From: a bacterium
GTDB lineage: Bacteria > UBA8248
Assembly (NCBI GenBank): GCA_965204535.1
Contig: CBDBEV010000001.1
Coordinates: 1,696,001-1,760,000, forward strand
Length of the DNA stretch: 64,000 nucleotides
Direction: 5' to 3'
Shown: in pieces, positions 57,760-64,000 of the stretch
Layout of the letters: each line of letters opens with the position of its first letter
Numbering within the stretch: the stretch's first letter is position 1
The notes under the pieces: model-generated
Database searches by the model: none
Told to the model about the DNA's origin: nothing
What the model saw: only the letters and a program-made list of their open reading frames with translations
Translations under genes and position numbers: made by a program

Positions 57760-59130
57760 CTACCTCGGCGTGTTCACCCGCTCGAGCAGGGCGGCCAGCT
57801 CTTTTATCCGGATCGAATCGAGTCTCGATACAGCGTCCACAATCTCCCCGCGCAATGAGGCGTCCGCGTGGGCCTCGCTCAAGGCCTCGAACTTCTCGTT
57901 CACCGTCGCCCAGCTCATCGGCGTGGTGAAATGCCCCTCCCAGGTGGGCTTGTCCAGCTTGTGGACGGCGCCGTCCTTGAGGGTGATGGTGATGAGCACG
58001 GGCGATTGAGCGGGGTATCTGGCCGTCATCTCATCGGAATTGGTGGTACGCACTTTCTTTAAGAGCGTCTGCACGTCGTCTGCGCGGATTCTCGCTTCCT
58101 CGTACTGGGCGGGCAGGACCTGCTCGTCGATGATGGCGGCCGAAAGCACGTAGGGCAGGCTGTGGTCCGCCGTCTCCTTGTTCAGCACGTGCTCGCGCGC
58201 GCCCGCCTTGCCCTCGCCCATGATGAAGTAGGCGCGCTCATAAATTCCGATTTCAACCTCCTCGATGTCCTCGGGCGCAAAGCCGTGCTCGCGCTTCATA
58301 TCGATGACGCCCTCGATGGCCGTCTGGGAATGGAGGCCCGCGTTGTAGCGCTTCACACTGATCTCGAGCATCTTGCTTAAAGATGTATCCGACCAGTCGA
58401 CCTCGAACTCGCCCGTAACGGACTCGAACACGCCCAGGGGACCCTCGATCAGCTGGAGCTGCCCCGTCACCCCGCGCATGGCGAGAAACGTCGAGTGCAC
58501 CCCGCTGTGGCAGCCCGCCGCATAGGCAAAGCCCTTCCAGTGGGAGAGTTCGCCCGTGCGTGTGATGAGCAGGGGGTTCTGGCGCACGCCGCTGATCGCG
58601 ACCGCGTTGGCCGTCTTCTCCGCATCCAGCCCCAAGGCGCGCGATGCGCCCGCCGCCACGGCGTAGGCACCCGCCATGGGCTGGTCGAAACCTCTTTTCT
58701 CGTAGGGCGCGCTGTCGCAGAGGCGGCACTGCACCTCATACGCCAGGGCGAGGGCCGTCATGAATTCCGCCCCGCTCGCATCCGCGTATTCGGCCGCCGC
58801 CATAACGGCGCCCGTGTTGTCGCTCGGGTGCGAGGTGGCGAGCTTGCCCATGAAGCCGTCGTTGAAATCGAGATAGCGAATCAGCGAGGTGTTGTAGAAC
58901 GCCGCGGCGTCGGGCGCGCTCTTGCCGCCGCCGATGAGCGTGCAATGCGGCGCACCTCCGAAATCATCCGCCTGCTCGCGAAGGTAGCGGACGGGGCCTT
59001 CTCCCAGCGAGCCGATGGCGCAGCCGATGGTGTCGACCATGAGGGTCTTTAACTGGGTACGCATCTCGTCCGAGAGGTCATCGAAACTGGTGTTCGCGGC
59101 GAACGCCGCAATCTGTTCCACAATCGTCAT
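57760..59130 (-). CDS. MmgE/PrpD family protein
   Basis: DTIGCAIG, IRYLDFND, HPSDN, WKG, KETADHSLPY. Confidence 0.9.
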   Translation of the reverse strand: MTIVEQIAAFAANTSFDDLSDEMRTQLKTLMVDTIGCAIGSLGEGPVRYLREQADDFGGAPHCTLIGGGKSAPDAAAFYNTSLIRYLDFNDGFMGKLATSHPSDNTGAVMAAAEYADASGAEFMTALALAYEVQCRLCDSAPYEKRGFDQPMAGAYAVAAGASRALGLDAEKTANAVAISGVRQNPLLITRTGELSHWKGFAYAAGCHSGVHSTFLAMRGVTGQLQLIEGPLGVFESVTGEFEVDWSDTSLSKMLEISVKRYNAGLHSQTAIEGVIDMKREHGFAPEDIEEVEIGIYERAYFIMGEGKAGAREHVLNKETADHSLPYVLSAAIIDEQVLPAQYEEARIRADDVQTLLKKVRTTNSDEMTARYPAQSPVLITITLKDGAVHKLDKPTWEGHFTTPMSWATVNEKFEALSEAHADASLRGEIVDAVSRLDSIRIKELAALLERVNTPR

Positions 59131-59175
59131 GTCGTCTTTCCTTCCTCGATCCGGTTTTGGGGGGTAATGCGCGGG

Positions 59176-60195
59176 CTAGCCGCCGTGCAGTTTTCTGTAT
59201 GCTCGCTGCATGATGAGCGCGTCGTATTCGAGCGCCGGACTCTCACACACCACCCGGCCTTCGGCGCCGAAATCGATGAGGGCGCGGAACAAGTCCTTGT
59301 AGTTCATGTCCGACTCGTCGAGTTCCAGGTGATGCGCCTCGCCCTTGTCCGAATACGCGATGCCCGAGAGATGGATGTGCATGGTCTTGAGAACGTCGTC
59401 GCCCATCTTGTTCTTGAGAAGCTCCAGTTGCGCCCCGAACTCGTCATACGTGTTGTGCGCTCCCGCCGAGCGCGCGTGAATGTGCGCGAAATCTATCGTG
59501 AAGCCGACGTTCTTTTCTTTAAGATCGCCGCCCATGTCGGCGATTTCCTCGAGAGAGCCGAACTGCGTGCCCTTGCCCGTCGTTTCCGGATCCAGGCGAA
59601 CCGGACAACTCTCATCTTCCAGGATGTCGGCGAGCTCTCCTATCTGGTTGCAGATGAAGTCGTAGACCTCCCTGGGGTCTCGCTTCTGGTAAAACCCGGG
59701 ATGAAAGCACGCCCCGTCGCCCCCGCACTTCGCCAGGGCGCGCGCGGTGTCGAGCACACGCTTACGGCTCGCCGCCACCTTTTCATCTTCCAGCGAATAG
59801 AGGTTCACGTAGTAGGGACCGTGCGCGGTGATGTGAACGCCCGTCTCCGCCTGGGCGGCCCGCACCTCATCGCACGTCTCCTCGCGGATGCGCACGCCGT
59901 GGACGAACTCCATCTCGTAGACGCCGAGGCCCAGTTCGTGAAGCCTGCGCACCGCGGCGGGGTGTGTCTGCGGCTTGGTGGAATGCGGGACCCCGCCCGT
60001 GCCAAAGAAAATCCTGTCCGCCCGCTTGGGCTTCGCGTTCACGCTCAAGGGGCCGTCATAGGTTCTGCCCTTCGGTTTTTCCTTTGGAACCCCCGGCGCC
60101 CAGCCGCGAACGTCAGCCTTGGGCTTCGCCGCTTTTTTGGGGGCCGGTTTCTTTTTGGCCTCGGCTTTCGGAGCCGCTGTTTTCTTTTCCGGCAC
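59176..60195 (-). CDS. nfo: Endonuclease IV-like TIM-barrel AP endonuclease with Lys/Ala/Pro-rich N-terminal tail
   Basis: EMEFVHGV, HGPYYVNL, FHPG, ETTGKGTQFGSLEE, IDFAHIHAR, HIHLSG, CESP. Confidence 0.75.
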   Translation of the reverse strand: MPEKKTAAPKAEAKKKPAPKKAAKPKADVRGWAPGVPKEKPKGRTYDGPLSVNAKPKRADRIFFGTGGVPHSTKPQTHPAAVRRLHELGLGVYEMEFVHGVRIREETCDEVRAAQAETGVHITAHGPYYVNLYSLEDEKVAASRKRVLDTARALAKCGGDGACFHPGFYQKRDPREVYDFICNQIGELADILEDESCPVRLDPETTGKGTQFGSLEEIADMGGDLKEKNVGFTIDFAHIHARSAGAHNTYDEFGAQLELLKNKMGDDVLKTMHIHLSGIAYSDKGEAHHLELDESDMNYKDLFRALIDFGAEGRVVCESPALEYDALIMQRAYRKLHGG

Positions 60196-60317
60196 GCTCG
60201 TCCTCAGAAGATTTGTTGCGCGAAGGCGCTGTTTTTTTGTCGGATCGCTCTTTCAGGCGGTCGATGGCCCACTCTAGCAGATATGCGCGCATGCTGCGAG
60301 AAACCTCCCTTGTGAAT

Positions 60318-60944
60318 TCAGGCGGCGGGCGCGTCGCGGGGCGGCTCGTTCAGCCACTCGGCCATCTGGGCGAGAATTTCCCGCTTGCCCAGCCCCGTAT
60401 TCGCGCTGCAGAGAATCGGCCCGGACCACCTGCCGTACAATCCACCGCCGTCCACCATGGTCTTGACGAGCGCGTCCAGAACGCCTCTGCGCTCGTTCTG
60501 CTTCAGCTTGTCCGCCTTGGTGAGCACCAGACAGGCCGGCAGGTTCACCGCCGCGAGCCACTCGAGCAGATGCAGGTCCATCTCCCGTGCGCCCCGGCGC
60601 GAATCGATGAGCACCACCACGCCCTGTAGCGTTTCGCGGTGTTCGAGATAGGTCTCGATCATGGGCCGCCAGCGTGCCCTCTCGGCAAGCGGCACCCGCG
60701 CGTAGCCGTAGCCCGGCAAGTCCACGAGGTTGAAGCGATCATCGACGCCGAAGAAATTGACGAGCTGCGTCTTGCCGGGCGTAGCACTTGTCTTGGCGAG
60801 ACTCTTGCGGTTGGTCAGGAAGTTGATGAGCGAGGATTTGCCCACGTTGCTTCTTCCCGCAAAGGCGACCTCGGGCAATTCCGCCCTCGGCCAGCCCGCA
60901 CGCTCGGCGGCGCTTTTGATGAACCGCGCGTTTTGAATTCTCAT
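60318..60944 (-). CDS. engB: Ribosome biogenesis GTPase YihA/YsxC
   Basis: GRSNVGKSS, TPGKT, DLPGYG, TKADK. Confidence 0.93.
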   Translation of the reverse strand: MRIQNARFIKSAAERAGWPRAELPEVAFAGRSNVGKSSLINFLTNRKSLAKTSATPGKTQLVNFFGVDDRFNLVDLPGYGYARVPLAERARWRPMIETYLEHRETLQGVVVLIDSRRGAREMDLHLLEWLAAVNLPACLVLTKADKLKQNERRGVLDALVKTMVDGGGLYGRWSGPILCSANTGLGKREILAQMAEWLNEPPRDAPAA

Positions 60945-60954
60945 GGCGCAAGCG

Positions 60955-62268
60955 TCAGGAGGAATCCCCCGCCGGGGGAGCGAATGCGTGAACGACGAGG
61001 CCGGTGCGTATCTTGGGATAGAAATAGGTGGACTTGTGCGGCATCTTGCCGCCCGCCTTGGCGATCTCGCACACCGACTCAAGTGGCGTGGGGTTCAGCA
61101 AAACGGCCGCCGCGCACTCCCCGCTTCTCGCGGAGTTGAACGCCAGTTCCGGGTCAGGCGTGAAGGCGATGTCCCCCTCCTCGTGAGAGGCCTTGAATGC
61201 GCCGTCCACGATCTCCTCATGGAGGCGGCTCACGTCGAGCGCCGCGACGGCCTCTTCCACGGAGGAGGTATCTCCGTCATGCCTCCCGATGAGATAGCGC
61301 ACGTTCGCGCCGCCGTCATAGAGACAAAACACGCTGGCTCCCCCGTTTTCTTGGGATAACGCCGAGAGACGCTCCGCTACCCGGCTGCAGGCTCCCGCCT
61401 CGGGCGCAGGCTCTTCCAGGACATCGTATTTCTCCGCAAGTGCTGCGAGAGCTTCTTCCGTCGTCGCGGATACCTTCTTCAGGAGTCTGTAGGTGGGAAG
61501 GATCACCATGCCCGGGTCCGCGACGTTGGCGAGGCACATGAGCGTGTAATCCGCCTCGCCCCCTACGGGAGCGCCCCCCGCGCGGGCGGCGTCACGCAAG
61601 TCCAGGGACGTTTCGTAGCGATGGTGTCCGTCGGCGATGAACACCTCCTTATCCAGAAGCGATTCCTGCGCGAGCGCGATGACGGCCGGGTCGTCGCACC
61701 GCCACAGGGTATGACGCACGCCGTCGTCTTCGAAATCGGCGATGGGCGCGCCCTTCTCCGCGCTCCTCAAGGCATTGTTCGCCGCCTCCCGGGGCTCGTC
61801 GTAAAAGCCGAAGATCGGCCCCAGGTGCGCGCCGCTCCTCCCCCACAGGTCGAACAGGTAGCCCTTGGGCTTCGGGAAGGTCTGCTCATGGGGGTGGATT
61901 TCGCCCGCGCCGTATGGTTCGAGCTTCACGACCGCGAAAAACGCATTCCGCTCCAGGCGCGTCCCGTCGGGCAGCGCGAAGCGCTGGCGGTAGGGATAGA
62001 GCGCGGGCGTATCGTCCAGGGTCATCGCCCCGCTCGCGCGCCAGTTTTCGAGATATTCGACCGCGCGTCCCACCCGGCCCGCGTCCCCGTCCTCATTCTC
62101 CAGGATTTCGCCCTGAATCAGCCGCACGATGTTCAGCGGATGTCGCTCGTAAAACGCGCGCCTCATTTCAGGCGTGAAGACGTCATAAGGCGGGGAGGAG
62201 ACCTTTCCCATTTCATCCGGTGCGATATTTGAATACCTCAGCGCGCGAAACGCCCTTACCTCAACCAC
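60955..62268 (-). CDS. DUF1015 family protein
   Basis: SPPYDV, PHEQT, IADGHHRYET, MPHKSTYFYPK. Confidence 0.9.
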   Translation of the reverse strand: MVEVRAFRALRYSNIAPDEMGKVSSPPYDVFTPEMRRAFYERHPLNIVRLIQGEILENEDGDAGRVGRAVEYLENWRASGAMTLDDTPALYPYRQRFALPDGTRLERNAFFAVVKLEPYGAGEIHPHEQTFPKPKGYLFDLWGRSGAHLGPIFGFYDEPREAANNALRSAEKGAPIADFEDDGVRHTLWRCDDPAVIALAQESLLDKEVFIADGHHRYETSLDLRDAARAGGAPVGGEADYTLMCLANVADPGMVILPTYRLLKKVSATTEEALAALAEKYDVLEEPAPEAGACSRVAERLSALSQENGGASVFCLYDGGANVRYLIGRHDGDTSSVEEAVAALDVSRLHEEIVDGAFKASHEEGDIAFTPDPELAFNSARSGECAAAVLLNPTPLESVCEIAKAGGKMPHKSTYFYPKIRTGLVVHAFAPPAGDSS

Positions 62269-62508
62269 GGAAAACCCCTTTCATGAGAACGATGAGAACA
62301 GCGGCGAGGGGATATTAAGGTCGCGCATCCAAGCTGTCAAAACAGGATCGGGTCCATGCGCCGGTACGGATATTCGCCGCGCACTCCGGGCGTTTCGGGG
62401 ACGTTGAAAAAGCCCCGAAAAGGCGAGGTTGACCCGACCGATCGGGGAAGGCGCGCCGAACGCGCTGTTGCTCGTCATTCCGGCATTGCAGGGGTTATCC
62501 GACAACCC

Positions 62509-63927
62509 CTAGAGATCGGGTTTTCTCCCCCGCCATTCGGGGGTCGCTTCCTCATAGGCGTGGCCGACCCGGAAACCGCGCGCTTCATCGCCGGGGCGTG
62601 TCGTGATCTGCATCGCCATGGGGAGTCCGTGAGCCGAATCGAAGCCCGTGGGCACCATCAGGCCGGGAAATCCGAGAAAGTTCTGAACGCCCGTCAGGTT
62701 GCGTCCCAGGCCGATGAAATCCCTCTCCTTGCCGTTCACGAGCGCGGTGGTCGTTTCGATGGGCGCTGCGAGGCAGGGATAGCCCGGCGAGAGCATGGCG
62801 TCGTAAGGCTCCATGAGGTCGAGCATCCGGCGGCTGATCGCCTTTCGGTGGTTGAGCGCGTCGATATAGGTCGCAAGCGTGGTTTTCTCCGCGTTGGCGA
62901 TGCGCTCCTGCAAGCGGAGGCCGTAGCCCTCCGGATGGGCGTGGTAGCGCTCGCCGTGCACGCGGTAGAACTCCGCGTCCGCGATGGCCCGGCGATGGGG
63001 GTTGACCTCTCCCGCGAAGGGGCAGCGCACCTCTTCGATTTCGGCGCCCAGACCACGCAGCACGTCGAGCGCCGCTTGGAAAGCCTCCAGTATCGGCGCA
63101 TCGATCTCGACGTCGATCAGATCGGACGAAATCATGAAGCGCATGCCGCCGACGCCCTTTTCCAGGTCGGCGGTGAAATCGGGCGTATCCATATCGGCGG
63201 AGAAAGGGTCTTGTGCGTCGTAACCCGCGAGCGCCTGAAGCAACAATGCGCAATCGCGCACCGTCCGCGTCAGGGGGCCTACGTGATCGAGGCTCGTCGC
63301 GTTGGGATACACGCCGCGCAGGCTGATGCGCCCGTAAGTCGGTTTCAGGCCCACCACGCCGCAGATCGCCGCCGGCCCCCGCACGGAACCCCCGGTGTCG
63401 GTTCCGAGCGCGCCGGGCGCCATTCTCGCTGCGACCGCCGCGCCGGAACCGCCGCTCGAACCGGCGGGAACGCGGGTGAGGTCCCAGGGGTTGCGGCACG
63501 CGCCGTGGTGGGGGTTCTTGGTCGCCGACTCGGCGGCGAACTCCGCCGTATTGCACTTGCCGATCATGACGGCGCCCGCCTCGCGGAGCCTGCGGACGCA
63601 CTCGGCGTCTTCTTCCGGCACGTTGTCGCGGAAAAAGCTCGACCCCTGCGTGGTGCGCACGCCCGCCGTGTCGATGATGTCCTTGACGCCGATAGGCACG
63701 CCGTGCAGCGGCCCGCGGTTTCTTCCCGCCGCGATTTCCTCTTCAGCCGCTTTCGCCTCGGCGCGGGCGCGCTCGTGGGCCACGGTGGTGAAGGCGTTCA
63801 CCGCCGGGTTCAGCGCATCTACCCACGCAAGATGCGCTTCTGTCACTTCTACGGGGGATAAGTCTCTGGAAGCGATTTTTTTCGAGAGCTCATGAATGGT
63901 GAGATCGCAGATTTCGGTTGTGGACAT
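62509..63927 (-). CDS. Amidase signature family protein (GatA/AtzE-like)
   Basis: GPLHGVPIGVKD, GSSGGSGAAVA, GTDTGGSVR, GLKPTYG; start codon uncertain (63927/63933/63993). Confidence 0.92.
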   Translation of the reverse strand: MSTTEICDLTIHELSKKIASRDLSPVEVTEAHLAWVDALNPAVNAFTTVAHERARAEAKAAEEEIAAGRNRGPLHGVPIGVKDIIDTAGVRTTQGSSFFRDNVPEEDAECVRRLREAGAVMIGKCNTAEFAAESATKNPHHGACRNPWDLTRVPAGSSGGSGAAVAARMAPGALGTDTGGSVRGPAAICGVVGLKPTYGRISLRGVYPNATSLDHVGPLTRTVRDCALLLQALAGYDAQDPFSADMDTPDFTADLEKGVGGMRFMISSDLIDVEIDAPILEAFQAALDVLRGLGAEIEEVRCPFAGEVNPHRRAIADAEFYRVHGERYHAHPEGYGLRLQERIANAEKTTLATYIDALNHRKAISRRMLDLMEPYDAMLSPGYPCLAAPIETTTALVNGKERDFIGLGRNLTGVQNFLGFPGLMVPTGFDSAHGLPMAMQITTRPGDEARGFRVGHAYEEATPEWRGRKPDL

Positions 63928-64000
63928 TCTCATTTCCTCGATTGCGTATGGATGGCCTGACGAGATCGAAAACCGGACTTTCGGCGATTCCATGCGCCAT

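Overview
Bacterial DNA with two halves. Positions ~700-39400 are a mosaic accessory/defence island. It holds an XRE/DUF4258-like operon, a HhH-GPD glycosylase-like gene and a 1242-aa protein with a C-terminal PD-(D/E)XK nuclease. It also holds a decayed conjugative-element remnant (truncated ssb, DUF4326, DUF2493, RHH gene) interrupted by a complete IS1182-family element. Next come a four-gene cassette (DNA methyltransferase, MORC-type GHKL-histidine kinase fusion, receiver protein, unknown protein) and a convergent restriction-like operon (SNF2 helicase-DUF3883, AlbA_2/Schlafen, ParA-like, two tandem DUF1156 methylases with divergent central regions, HEPN-DUF499 ATPase, PD-(D/E)XK nuclease). 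Upstream of that operon is a ~220-250-nt structured non-coding region ending in a tRNA-like cloverleaf with a Leu/Ser-type body and a GCG anticodon, then a 3' group II intron remnant. Positions ~40400-64000 are GC-rich core-like genes: a Cache-repeat autotransporter, Kef-type antiporter, peptide ABC transporter, nrnA, pncB, nuoI, trxB, a UxxC selenoglutaredoxin missed by the ORF track, PrpD-family, endonuclease IV, engB, DUF1015 and an amidase, interspersed with REP/MITE-like palindromes. All family calls come from motif recognition by eye; no database search was run. No CRISPR array, rRNA or integrase was seen.
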